From: an uncultured Alphaproteobacteria bacterium
GTDB lineage: Bacteria; Pseudomonadota; Alphaproteobacteria; Rhizobiales; Xanthobacteraceae
Length of the DNA: 64,000 nt
Assembly: GCA_963763485.1 (NCBI GenBank)
Contig: CAVXOW010000008.1
Span: forward strand, 121,464 to 185,463
Direction: 5' to 3'
The notes under the pieces are model-generated. The model had not been told where the DNA came from, searched no databases, and saw nothing but the letters and a program-made list of their open reading frames with translations. This document shows positions 39,126-48,432 of this stretch, piece after piece. Made by a program: the position numbers and the translations under genes. Every line of letters begins with the position of its first letter. Positions within the stretch are counted from its first letter, which is position 1.

Positions 39126-39537
39126 CCTCTTCGACGAGTGAGGCGCGAGATTGATAACGAGATGCCAAGTATCTTTTGCAACAGCACCTGCCGCGGAACT
39201 AGGTCTCCTTGGCGAGGGCGTGCCCAACGAAACAATCCTCGACGCCAATGATCAAGCATCCCATACTTGTGAGCCGCCCGATCGTTTGCACACCCAAGGG
39301 CGTGCGGCTATGCCGTCCAAGCGAAGTGGTCCTTGATCTACTCGACGGTTTGCTGCCTGGGCCGTTCCAAAAGGAAGACGGACAATTGCTTATCGATCGC
39401 GAGGGGCGTCGTGTTGGCTGATCCATCGGGTGTTAGAGGTCACTTGATCGAAGGGCTGCGAAGTCGTTCGCAATTCTGCGACGCCACGGTCACAGTTTGA
39501 ACTCCTGAACGCCGTCTCGTTCTTTTCGCCGGATCCA

Positions 39538-41337
39538 ATGGACATCATGAACGCTTCGGTCAATTCGCTCGGTTTTCTCACCGATCCAACTCGCTTCATA
39601 TTTTTCACTGGCAAAGGTGGCGTCGGTAAAACGTCGATTGCTTGCGCCGTTGCTTTGGCGCTTGCCGACAGGGGCAAGTCTGTTCTGATAGTCAGCACCG
39701 ATCCGGCATCCAATCTCGATGAGATACTGGATGTGCCCTTGGGCAATCTGCCGGTCGCCGTTCCCGGCACCGAGCATCTCGAGGTCCTCAATATTGATCC
39801 GACCGCCGCCGCCGATGCCTATCGTTCCCGGGTGCTGGCCCAGATGGGAACGGATGCGAGCGATCAAGAGCGGAAAACTGTTCAGGAACAATTGTCGGGC
39901 GCCTGCACGACGGAGATCGCTGCCTTCGACGAGTTTGCCGGCCACTTGGCCAATAATGACGCCCCTTACGATCATGTCGTGTTCGATACTGCACCAACCG
40001 GGCATACGCTTCGTCTCCTGAGCTTGCCCAAGGCCTGGAGCGGCTTTCTCGAGGTCAATGAAGAAGGCGCTTCGTGTTTGGGACCGCATTCTGGCCTCAA
40101 GATGCAGGAAGCTCGCTTCCGGATTGCTTTGGCCGCGCTCAGCGATCCGGCATCGACGACCATTATCCTCGTTGCTCGACCCGAGGTCGGAGCTCTCACC
40201 GAGGCGGCGCGAACCTCGGCGGAGTTGCAAACGCTTGGCCTCTCTAATCAGCGGCTGGTTGTGAACGGCGTATTCAGGGCCAGCGATCGATCGGACGTGA
40301 CAGCAGCGTCGCTCGAAGATCTGGGACAGCGGGCGCTCTCGGAGCTTCCGGCAGTACTCCAGGTGCTCCCGCGCGACGATATCCCGCTTAGGCCTTTCGA
40401 GTTGCTGGGCGTCAATGCATTGCGGTCTTTGCTCGCACCTGAAAGCGCAACTGCTACGCCAACACCAACTCCTCCGGCCCTGCCGTTGGTGGACGACCTT
40501 CCCGGCCTCGACAACCTAATCGACGGTCTGGCGGCAGATGGCAGGGGCCTGATCATGGTCATGGGGAAAGGCGGCGTGGGCAAGACCACGATCGCAGCCA
40601 CTATCGCCGTCGGCTTGGTGCAGCGAGGCCATACGGTTCACCTCAGCACGACAGATCCGGCGGCCCATCTTTCGATCACGCTTACGGAGGCGGTTCCCGG
40701 TTTGCGGGTCGACCGAATTGATCCAAAAGTGGAGACGGAACGCTATGTCGAGAAGGTAATGGCGGAGCGCGGCCGCAAACTTGATGCACAGGGACGAGCT
40801 CTGCTGCGTGAGGATTTGCGCTCTCCATGCACCGAAGAAATCGCCGTTTTTCATGCATTTTCCCGAATCGTGCAGGAAGCGCGAAGCGCATTCGTGGTAC
40901 TGGATACCGCGCCGACAGGTCATACTCTGCTTCTGATGGATGCCGCCGGCGCCTATCACCGGCAGGTGACCCGGCAAATGGAGAACGCGGCGGTTGGTCG
41001 GATCATCACCCCGCTGATGCATCTACAGGATCCGGCCTACACGCACGTCGTGCTGGTGACGTTGGCAGAAGCGACACCTGTGTCGCAGGCGAATGCCCTG
41101 CAAGAGGACCTGCGGCGCGCGCGTATCGAGCCCTATGCCTGGGTCATCAACAAGAGCTTGCTTGCCGCCAGAACGCGTGATCCGCTGCTTACGCAGCGAT
41201 TGCTGGGTGAGCAAAAGCAAATCGATCGCGTGCGCGGATCGATGGCGAAGAATGTGTTCTTTCTGCCCTGGCAGGCGAACCCGCCCGTTGGCTTGCTCGC
41301 GCTCCAAGAATTGGCACGTGGCCGACGTTCCGCATAG
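39538..41337 (+). CDS. arsA: arsenite/antimonite-stimulated ATPase ArsA (two-domain)
   Basis: 599 aa with two P-loops (GKGGVGKTS, GKGGVGKTT). It is collinear with plasmid R773 ArsA as I recall it, including the metalloid-binding Cys contexts SGACTTE, GASCLGP and RSPCTEE and both DTAPTGHT signal-transduction motifs. Confidence 0.9.
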   Translation: MDIMNASVNSLGFLTDPTRFIFFTGKGGVGKTSIACAVALALADRGKSVLIVSTDPASNLDEILDVPLGNLPVAVPGTEHLEVLNIDPTAAADAYRSRVLAQMGTDASDQERKTVQEQLSGACTTEIAAFDEFAGHLANNDAPYDHVVFDTAPTGHTLRLLSLPKAWSGFLEVNEEGASCLGPHSGLKMQEARFRIALAALSDPASTTIILVARPEVGALTEAARTSAELQTLGLSNQRLVVNGVFRASDRSDVTAASLEDLGQRALSELPAVLQVLPRDDIPLRPFELLGVNALRSLLAPESATATPTPTPPALPLVDDLPGLDNLIDGLAADGRGLIMVMGKGGVGKTTIAATIAVGLVQRGHTVHLSTTDPAAHLSITLTEAVPGLRVDRIDPKVETERYVEKVMAERGRKLDAQGRALLREDLRSPCTEEIAVFHAFSRIVQEARSAFVVLDTAPTGHTLLLMDAAGAYHRQVTRQMENAAVGRIITPLMHLQDPAYTHVVLVTLAEATPVSQANALQEDLRRARIEPYAWVINKSLLAARTRDPLLTQRLLGEQKQIDRVRGSMAKNVFFLPWQANPPVGLLALQELARGRRSA

Positions 41338-41446
41338 AAGAGGCACGGAAGTGACTAGGTTGCGGAAGTTGACATTCGCTCATGGGTAATTCCGCTTCTG
41401 ATGCTTAGCGCTCCGCCCGACCAAGCCGATCTTACGGTAACATGAT

Positions 41447-42310
41447 CTAGTGCGACAGCAGCACCGGCACGACCTGGCGTGACAGGATGCTTCGCGTGGC
41501 GCCGCCGAGCACGAATTCGCGCAGGCGCGAATGGCCGTAGGCGCCCATCACCAGGAGATCGGCCTGCACCGACGTGACGTAGGATTCCAGCACCTCGCCG
41601 ACCGGGCGGCCTGCGGACTTGACGTCTTCGAGGACCACAGTGGCACCGTGCTCGGCCAGGTGCCTTGCAAGCTCCTCGCCGGAGCGCTTGCTGTCGATCG
41701 TCTTCTCGCCGCTCACCGTCACGACGCTGACCTGCTTCGCCTTGATCAGCAGCGGCAAGGCATCGGCCACCGCCCGCGCCGCCGTCCGCGAAAAATCCCA
41801 GGCGACCACGACATGATCCAGCGCGAACGGACGGTCGCTCAGCGACTGCGCCGGCATCAACAGCGTCGGGCGGCCCGAGCCGAAGATGATCGCTTCCGCG
41901 AACCAGTACTCCTGAAATGAGTGTTCCGGCGTGCCGATAATGGTCAGGTCGCGCAGCTTCGCGTAGTCGACGAACAGGGCGGCCAGTTCATTCGTAAAGC
42001 AGGTGTCGAAAATCCGCTCGCGAAAGACGCCGCGCGCGGTCGCCTTCTGCTCGAAGGTCGCGAGCAGCTCTTCGGCCTTGAGGCGGCTCTTCCGTGCCTC
42101 GGCGTTGGCCAATGCGTGGATGTCGAACATGGCGTCGCCCAACGGGCTGCCGGGCATGGCCACCCGCACCTCGCAGGCGATCGCCGAGAGCTTCGCGTCG
42201 ATCGCCGCGGCAAAATCGATCGCCTTGTCGATGACGACGCTGAACGAGGGCTCGGGATAACTTGTCAGCGCGAGAAGAATGTCTTTGATCGCGGCATCTT
42301 TAAGAGCCAT
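41447..42310 (-). CDS. universal stress protein (tandem USP domains)
   Basis: The ORF 41447..42415 is trimmed to the ATG at 42310..42308. Two USP-like halves end in DLLVMGAYGHSRLREFVLGGATRSILSRQVVPVLLSH. Confidence 0.8.
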   Translation of the reverse strand: MALKDAAIKDILLALTSYPEPSFSVVIDKAIDFAAAIDAKLSAIACEVRVAMPGSPLGDAMFDIHALANAEARKSRLKAEELLATFEQKATARGVFRERIFDTCFTNELAALFVDYAKLRDLTIIGTPEHSFQEYWFAEAIIFGSGRPTLLMPAQSLSDRPFALDHVVVAWDFSRTAARAVADALPLLIKAKQVSVVTVSGEKTIDSKRSGEELARHLAEHGATVVLEDVKSAGRPVGEVLESYVTSVQADLLVMGAYGHSRLREFVLGGATRSILSRQVVPVLLSH

Positions 42311-42370
42311 GGAAAGCCGTCCAGTCTGTTCAAGGTGGAAGCATGCTGCCTGACGCGGCTTCCATAACCT

Positions 42371-42384
42371 TTGATCAAGAGCAA
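42371..42384. promoter_or_regulatory. FixK2/FNR-type box TTGATCAAGAGCAA (9/10 to TTGAT-N4-ATCAA)
   Basis: It lies in the divergent usp/MBL intergenic region, 61 nt from the usp ATG and 109 nt from the MBL start. Confidence 0.5.
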
Positions 42385-42492
42385 AGCCGGGGAGCCGGCC
42401 GTTGACGCACGTCAAGCTCCCTGAGGTACAATCGGCCTAAAGTGGCGCCAAACCGCGGGCTTGCATCGGGCCGCGCCAAGGTGTGAGGGAAC

Positions 42493-43859
42493 GTGGCACT
42501 TCAACTGGGTTTTCTGGGCGGCACCGGGACGGTCACCGGCTCGAAATACGCACTGCAGAACGGCAGGGATGTTGCCCTCGTCGACTGCGGGCTGTTTCAG
42601 GGCTTCAAGACACTGCGTTTGAAAAACTGGGCGCCGCTGCCGATCGACCCGCGTAAAATTTCCTCGGTCGTTCTCACCCACGCCCATCTCGATCATTCCG
42701 GCTATCTGCCGCTCCTGGTGCGCAACGGATTTCGCGGCCCCATCTTCGCGTCGCGACCGACGCTCGAACTGTGCCGCATCCTGCTGCCCAACTCCGGCTT
42801 CCTGCAGGAGAAGGACGCCGAGTTCGCCAACCGTCACGGCTTCTCGAAACACAAGCCGGCGCTGCCGCTCTACACGGCGGACGACGCGAGACGCAGCCTC
42901 GACTATTTCAAGACGGTATCGTTCGACGACAGCCATGCGCTGACGCGCTCGCTGTCGTTTCGCATGCATCGCGCCGGGCACATCCTTGGCGCCGCTTCGC
43001 TGCAGATCGAAGCCGCTGGCACGACGATCGTGTTCTCCGGCGATCTCGGCCGCTACAACGACCCGACCATGGTCGATCCCGTCGGCTTCGATCGCGCCGA
43101 CTATCTGGTCGTGGAATCCACCTATGGCGATCGGCATCATTCGGACGTCGATCCGGAACAGGCGATTGGCGACGTCGTCGAGAGGACGATCGGGCGCGGC
43201 GGCACGGTGGTGATGCCGGCGTTCGCGGTCGGCCGGACCCAGAGCCTGCTGTTCCATCTCGCGCAGCTCAAGGACAAGGGACGGCTCGCCAACGTGCCCA
43301 GTCTTCCTCGACAGCCCGATGGCAGAAGACGCCAGCGACATCTTCTGCGATGATGTCGGCGAGCACAGGCTGTCGATGAGCGCCTGCCGCCGCGCCTGCG
43401 GCGTCGCGCGCTTTGTCCGCAGCGTCGACGAGTTCGAAGGCCCTCATGACCAATCCGATGCCGAAGGTGATCATCTCGGCGAGCGGCATGGCGACCGGCG
43501 GCCGCGTGCTGCATCACCTGAAGCACTACGCGCCCGACCCGCGCAACACGATCCTGTTCGCCGGCTTCCAGGCCGGCGGTACGCGGGGCGCGTCCATGGT
43601 CGGCGGCGCCGACAGTATCAAGATTCACGGCGCCTACGTGCCGGTGCGCGCCGAGGTGAAAAATCTCGACATGCTGTCGGGCCACGCCGACGCCGGCGAA
43701 ATCCTGCGCTGGCTGAAAGGCTTCAAATCGCCGCCAAGGATGACCTTCGTCACCCACGGCGAACCGGCGGCGTCCGACGCGCTGCGCCGGCGCATCGAGG
43801 AGGAGCTCAAGTGGCCCTGCACCGTGCCGGAGCACGGCCAACAGGTCGAACTGGCATGA
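42493..43859 (+). pseudogene. MBL-fold metallo-hydrolase of the beta-CASP (RNA-metabolising) type, two +1 frame changes
   Basis: HxHxDH motif THAHLDHSG. Frame 1 reads to ..RLANVP. Frame 2 gives VFLDSPMAEDASDIFCDDVGEHRLS (shift at GTGCCCAGTC, about 43297-43301). Frame 0 gives SKALMTNPMPKVIISASGMATGGRVLHHLK..LSGHAD (shift at GAGTTCG, about 43430-43433). Confidence 0.75.
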
Positions 43860-45397
43860 GCGACGACGGACCAGCCGGCGCACTGCCGCCGCACGACGCG
43901 GCGAACACCGTTCGCGCGCGGCGGCTCGGCATCGACACGCAATACGAAGCCATCATCTTCATGCACAAGGATTGCCGGGTCTGCCGCTCGGAAGGCTTTG
44001 CCGCGCTGACCCGTGTCCTGCTGACAGCCAATGGCCGCAGAGTCATCGCGACGCTTTACCAGATCACGAGCCCGCTGGTCCGTCCTGACGAGGCCATCCT
44101 GTCCGAGTCGGCCTGGAAGCGGCTCGCCCTGAAGGACGGCGAGCACATCACCATCGGCCATCCGCCGCAGCTCGATTCACTGAGCCATCTGCGCAGCCGC
44201 ATCTACGGCAACGACTTAAGCGAGCCCGCCTTCCATGCCATCATCGGCGACATCGTCGACGGCCAGTATTCCGACATCCACCTGTCGTCGTTCCTGACCG
44301 CCTGCGCCTCGCCGCCGCTGAACCACCAGGAGGTGCTGGCGCTTACGCACGCAATGGTCGAGGCCGGCGATCGCCTGAAATGGCCGGCCGGCACCGTCGC
44401 CGACAAGCACAGCGTCGGCGGCCTGCCCGGCAACCGCACGACGCCGATCATCGTCCCGATCGTCGCAGCGCTCGGCATCATGATGCCGAAGACCTCGTCG
44501 CGCGCGATCACTTCGCCTGCCGGCACCGCCGACACCATGGAGACCATGGCGCCGGTCGATCTCGACAACGATGCGATCCGGCGCGTGGTCGAGCGCGAAG
44601 CCGGCTGCATCGTCTGGGGCGGTGCGATCAATCTCAGTCCGGCCGACGACATTTTGATCCGGGTCGAGCGCGCGCTCGATATCGACAGCGAAGGACAGAT
44701 GATCGCCTCGGTGCTGTCGAAGAAGATCGCCGCCGGCTCGACCCACGTCGTGCTCGATCTGCCCGTCGGCCCGACCGCGAAGGTGCGCACCGCGCGCGCT
44801 GCGCAGCAGCTCGCGGACGGACTGACCAATGTCGGCGCCGAGTTCGGGCTGAAGACAAGGATTGTGCCGGGCGACGGGCTGCAGCCGATCGGCCGCGGCA
44901 TCGGTCCCGCGCTCGAAGCCCGCGACGTGCTTCAGGTACTGCGCGGCGAGGCCACCGCGCCGCAGGATTTGCGCCAGCGCGCGCTCGCGCTGGCCGCCGC
45001 GCTGCTGGAGCTCACCGAGATCTGCCCAGCGGGCCGCGGCGAAGCGATCGCGGCCGATGTGCTCGACAGCGGACGCGCCTGGCGCAAGTTCCAGCGCATC
45101 TGCGAGGCCCAGGGCGGGATGCGGACACCGCCGGTCTCGCGCCAGCAGCGTCCCGTGCTCGCCGAGCGGCCGGGCAAGGTGCGCGCGATCGACAACCGCC
45201 GCATTGCGCGGCTCGCCAAGCTTGCCGGCGCACCGGACGACAAGGCCGCCGGCATCGACATGCATGTGCGTGTCGGCGACCTGGTCGCGAGCGGCCAGCC
45301 ACTGTGCACGGTCCACGCCGATTCGCCGGGCGAACTCGCCTATGCGTTCGACTTCGCCGAGGCCAACCGCGACATCATTGCGGTCGGCGAGCCATGA
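43856..45397 (+). CDS. thymidine phosphorylase family protein, long type with N-terminal extension (AMP-phosphorylase-like)
   Basis: The ORF 43319..45397 is trimmed to the ATG at 43856, which overlaps the MBL stop (ATGA). It is 513 aa with the glycosyl-transferase family 3 core (DKHSVGGLPGNRTTPIIVPIVAA, KTSSRAITSPAGTADTME, SVLSKKIAAG) after a ~90-aa N-terminal domain. Confidence 0.85.
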   Translation: MSDDGPAGALPPHDAANTVRARRLGIDTQYEAIIFMHKDCRVCRSEGFAALTRVLLTANGRRVIATLYQITSPLVRPDEAILSESAWKRLALKDGEHITIGHPPQLDSLSHLRSRIYGNDLSEPAFHAIIGDIVDGQYSDIHLSSFLTACASPPLNHQEVLALTHAMVEAGDRLKWPAGTVADKHSVGGLPGNRTTPIIVPIVAALGIMMPKTSSRAITSPAGTADTMETMAPVDLDNDAIRRVVEREAGCIVWGGAINLSPADDILIRVERALDIDSEGQMIASVLSKKIAAGSTHVVLDLPVGPTAKVRTARAAQQLADGLTNVGAEFGLKTRIVPGDGLQPIGRGIGPALEARDVLQVLRGEATAPQDLRQRALALAAALLELTEICPAGRGEAIAADVLDSGRAWRKFQRICEAQGGMRTPPVSRQQRPVLAERPGKVRAIDNRRIARLAKLAGAPDDKAAGIDMHVRVGDLVASGQPLCTVHADSPGELAYAFDFAEANRDIIAVGEP

Positions 45398-46296
45398 CAG
45401 CGCCCATGCTGATTGCGATGCCCGGCAACGAAGCCATGGCGCAATCGATCGCACGCATCCTCGGCGCCGATGTGGGCCAACTCGAGCTGCGCGCATTTCC
45501 CGACGGCGAGGCCTACCTGCGTTTCGCCACCGAGCTTAAGGATCGCCGAATCGCGCTGGTCTGCACGCTCGATCACCCCGATGCGAAGATGCTGCCGCTA
45601 CTGTTTGCGGCCGCTGCCGCGCGCGACCTCGGCGCCAGTCAGGTCGGTCTGGTCGCGCCCTATCTGGCCTATATGCGGCAAGACCGCCGCTTCAAGCCGG
45701 GCGAAGCCGTGACCTCACGCGAGGTCGCGCGACTGTTGTCGGGCGCGTTCGACTGGCTGGTCACCGTCGATCCGCACCTGCATCGTTACACGTCGCTTGC
45801 CGAGATCTATCGCATCCCGACGCGCGTCGCCCATGCCGCCCCACTGGTATCGCAATGGATCAAGGCCAACGTACCGCAGGCGCTGGTGATCGGCCCCGAC
45901 GGCGAGAGCGAGCAGTGGGTTTCCGCCGTCGCCAACGATGCCGGCGCGCCGTTCACCGTGCTTCAGAAGGTCCGCAATGGCGATCGCGACGTCGAGATCA
46001 CCATGCGCGATCTCGGGCAACTCGGCGAGCGCACGCCGGTGTTCGTCGATGATATCATCTCATCAGGCCGCACCATGGCCGAGGCGGTTCGGCTGGTGGC
46101 CGCCCGCACCCCGCAGCGTCCCGTCTGCATCGCCCTGCACGGGCTGTTCGCCGACAACTCCGACCGGCTGCTGTCGGCCTCGGGCGCGCGCATCGTCACG
46201 TCCAACACGGTCACCCACCCGAGCAACGCCCTCGACGTAGCGCCACTGCTGGCTGCAGGCGTTGGCGAACTTGCACAAGCACCGCCGCCCACGTAG
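45394..46296 (+). CDS. ribose-phosphate pyrophosphokinase-like protein
   Basis: The ORF 44380..46296 is trimmed to the ATG at 45394 (ATGA overlap). It carries Prs-like motifs (AFPDGE, APYLAYMRQDRRF, VDPHLH, VDDIISSGRTM). Confidence 0.8.
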   Translation: MTAPMLIAMPGNEAMAQSIARILGADVGQLELRAFPDGEAYLRFATELKDRRIALVCTLDHPDAKMLPLLFAAAAARDLGASQVGLVAPYLAYMRQDRRFKPGEAVTSREVARLLSGAFDWLVTVDPHLHRYTSLAEIYRIPTRVAHAAPLVSQWIKANVPQALVIGPDGESEQWVSAVANDAGAPFTVLQKVRNGDRDVEITMRDLGQLGERTPVFVDDIISSGRTMAEAVRLVAARTPQRPVCIALHGLFADNSDRLLSASGARIVTSNTVTHPSNALDVAPLLAAGVGELAQAPPPT

Positions 46297-46322
46297 ACCG
46301 TCGCGGGGACGTGGCGGGCGGA

Positions 46323-46982
46323 ATGAAACTGATCATCTTCGACTTCGATGGCACGCTGGCGGACAGTCGCAACCTGATCATCGAGGCGCACCGGCGGGTG
46401 TTTTCCCAATTCGGACTGCCGGTGCCGCCCCCGGAAGCGAGCCTCGCGCTGATCGGGCGCTCGCTCGAGCTAGTGCTCGCCGAACTCGCCGGACCCGATG
46501 CGCCGGTCGCGGCGATGACGACGGCCTATCAGCCGGTCGTGAAGCAGCTGCGCGCCGATCCCGCATTTGCCGACCTGCCCTTTGCCGGCGTCAATGAGCT
46601 GCTCCTCGAGCTGGGGGCACGGAAAGACCTTCGTCTCGGCATCGCCACCGGGCATATCTCGAGCGCGATCGAGCCGGCGCTTGCGACATTCGGCTGGCGC
46701 GAGCTGTTCTGCACCGTACAGAGCGCCGACAAAGCGCCGTCGAAGCCGCACCCCGGCATGATCCTGCAGGCGCTCGCCGAGGCCGACACCGCAGCCGACG
46801 ATGCCGTCATGATCGGCGACACCGCCTTCGACATGGAGATGGCGCGCGCGGCCGGTGTTGCCGCGGTCGGCGTCGCCTGGGGTTATCATCCGCGCGATCG
46901 GCTTATCGCGGCAGGTGCGGACGGGGTCGCCGAGACGATCGAGGATTTGCGCACGCGGCTGCTGGACGGAGGCGATCGCTAA
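46323..46982 (+). CDS. HAD family hydrolase (phosphoglycolate phosphatase-like)
   Basis: Motif I is IIFDFDGTLADS and motif IV is MIGDTAFDMEMARAAG. The start is ATG 46323 or GTG 46311. Confidence 0.8.
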   Translation: MKLIIFDFDGTLADSRNLIIEAHRRVFSQFGLPVPPPEASLALIGRSLELVLAELAGPDAPVAAMTTAYQPVVKQLRADPAFADLPFAGVNELLLELGARKDLRLGIATGHISSAIEPALATFGWRELFCTVQSADKAPSKPHPGMILQALAEADTAADDAVMIGDTAFDMEMARAAGVAAVGVAWGYHPRDRLIAAGADGVAETIEDLRTRLLDGGDR

Positions 46983-47141
46983 GCTGATTCTCTAGCACTG
47001 GAATGCCTTCGGCGTTCCGGAGCCAGCCGAGCATCTCCGAAAAAAAGCACATCGGAGTGCAAATAGAACGGCATTGGCGTACGGTCCTCCGTCCAGGGGT
47101 CAGGGAGAGCCCCCGCGCAAAACTCGCAAGGGGCAGTCAAG

Positions 47142-47525
47142 ATGAAATCAGCATTGGTCGCAGCGGCCGCCATGACGGCGCTGTCGCCGGTCTCAACTGC
47201 GCTCGCACAGACCCAGTTGCCGACGACGACCATCGTCGCGCCGAAGCCCAAACCAAAGCCGGCTGTGGTGACTCGTGCAGCACGATCGGACTCGGTGTCG
47301 ATCATGCCGGAGCATCCGGACCCTGAAACACCCCATGTCCGCGCCAAGGACTGGAATGCGCCCGGCGTGATGAACCTGAACTACATGACGGAAGCGCAAT
47401 TCGTGGCATTTCAGGCCGCGCACCCCACCGCGGTGTTCTGGGGACGCTGCTATGCGGGCCAGGATCCCGACCTCAATATCCGGGCCTTCCTGAGGCGTCG
47501 GGTTCCGTTCGGTTGCGGCGGCTGA
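47142..47525 (+). CDS. exported hypothetical protein
   Basis: 127 aa with the signal peptide MKSALVAAAAMTALSPVSTALA and a Pro/Lys linker (PKPKPKP). I recognise no family. Confidence 0.5.
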   Translation: MKSALVAAAAMTALSPVSTALAQTQLPTTTIVAPKPKPKPAVVTRAARSDSVSIMPEHPDPETPHVRAKDWNAPGVMNLNYMTEAQFVAFQAAHPTAVFWGRCYAGQDPDLNIRAFLRRRVPFGCGG

Positions 47526-47658
47526 CGGCTCGGAACCGCTCCGAAGTTGCAACAGAACAAGCGAGGGCTTTTCCGGTTTGAAATTCCCACCCGGATTGGG
47601 CACAAACCATCCTGCGCGGCCAGTGCGCCATCTTTCATTCAAAGCGGAACGCGCAAAT

Positions 47659-48427
47659 ATGCGACGTCAATTCGCGGTGCTGTTGGGAACACTCGCCCTG
47701 TTGGCGCCTGAGGTGGCGCTGGCGCAGGTTCCGAGCGAGCTGCTGCCACGGAACCTGTCGCCATGGGGCATGTTCCTCAACGCCGACATCGTGGTCAAAG
47801 CCGTGATGGTGGGGCTTGCCCTCGCCTCGCTGGTGACCTGGACGGTGTGGCTCACGAAAACCATCGAACTGCGGCGCGAGACCACGCGCGCGAGACGGCG
47901 ACTTCGCGTGATCGAGCAGGGCGGCGCGCTGCGCGACGCCGTCCGCGCCTGCGGCAGCGACACCGACGCCGTCGCCCAGCTCATCCTGTCGACGGCACGT
48001 GAGAGCGAGCTGTCGGGCGGCACGTTCGACGCGGATTTCAAGGAGCGGGTGGCGCTGCGGCTCGAGCGGGTCGAGGCGGCGATGCAGCGCCAGATTTCGC
48101 GCGGCATCGGCGTGCTGGCGACGATCGGCGCCACGGCGCCGTTCGTCGGCCTGTTCGGCACGGTGTGGGGCATCATGAATTCGTTCATCGGCATCTCGGA
48201 ATCCCACACCACCAACCTCGCCGTGGTCGCGCCCGGCATTGCCGAGGCGCTGCTCGCCACCGCCATGGGCCTGGTCGCCGCGATCCCCGCGGTCGTGATC
48301 TACAACCATCTGGTCCGCGTCATCGGCGGCTACCGCGCGTTGCTCGGCGACGCCTCGGCGCAGCTGCTCCTGATGATCAGCCGCGGACGCACCGACCGCG
48401 CGCCGGTCGGCGCGCGCCGCGGAGTAG
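47659..48427 (+). CDS. exbB: ExbB (MotA/TolQ/ExbB proton channel); no in-frame stop, reads through into exbD
   Basis: The ORF 47578..48960 is trimmed to the ATG at 47659 (signal-peptide type ExbB). The channel motif is [42 protein letters not shown]. The expected stop TAG at 48425..48427 is only in the +1 frame. Confidence 0.75.
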
Positions 48428-48432
48428 CTGTC

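Noticed and set aside
43319-45397. 692-aa ORF suggesting a much longer thymidine-phosphorylase-family protein.
   Set aside because: The first ~40 codons are the middle segment of the frameshifted MBL gene, and the next ~140 codons are Arg-rich out-of-frame sequence overlapping the MBL 3' part. The family-typical sequence and an ATGA-coupled start begin at 43856.
44380-46296. 638-aa ORF suggesting a long N-terminal extension on the PRPP-synthetase-like protein.
   Set aside because: The first ~340 codons are an Arg/Ala-rich alternative frame of the phosphorylase gene. The real start is the ATG at 45394, which overlaps the upstream stop.
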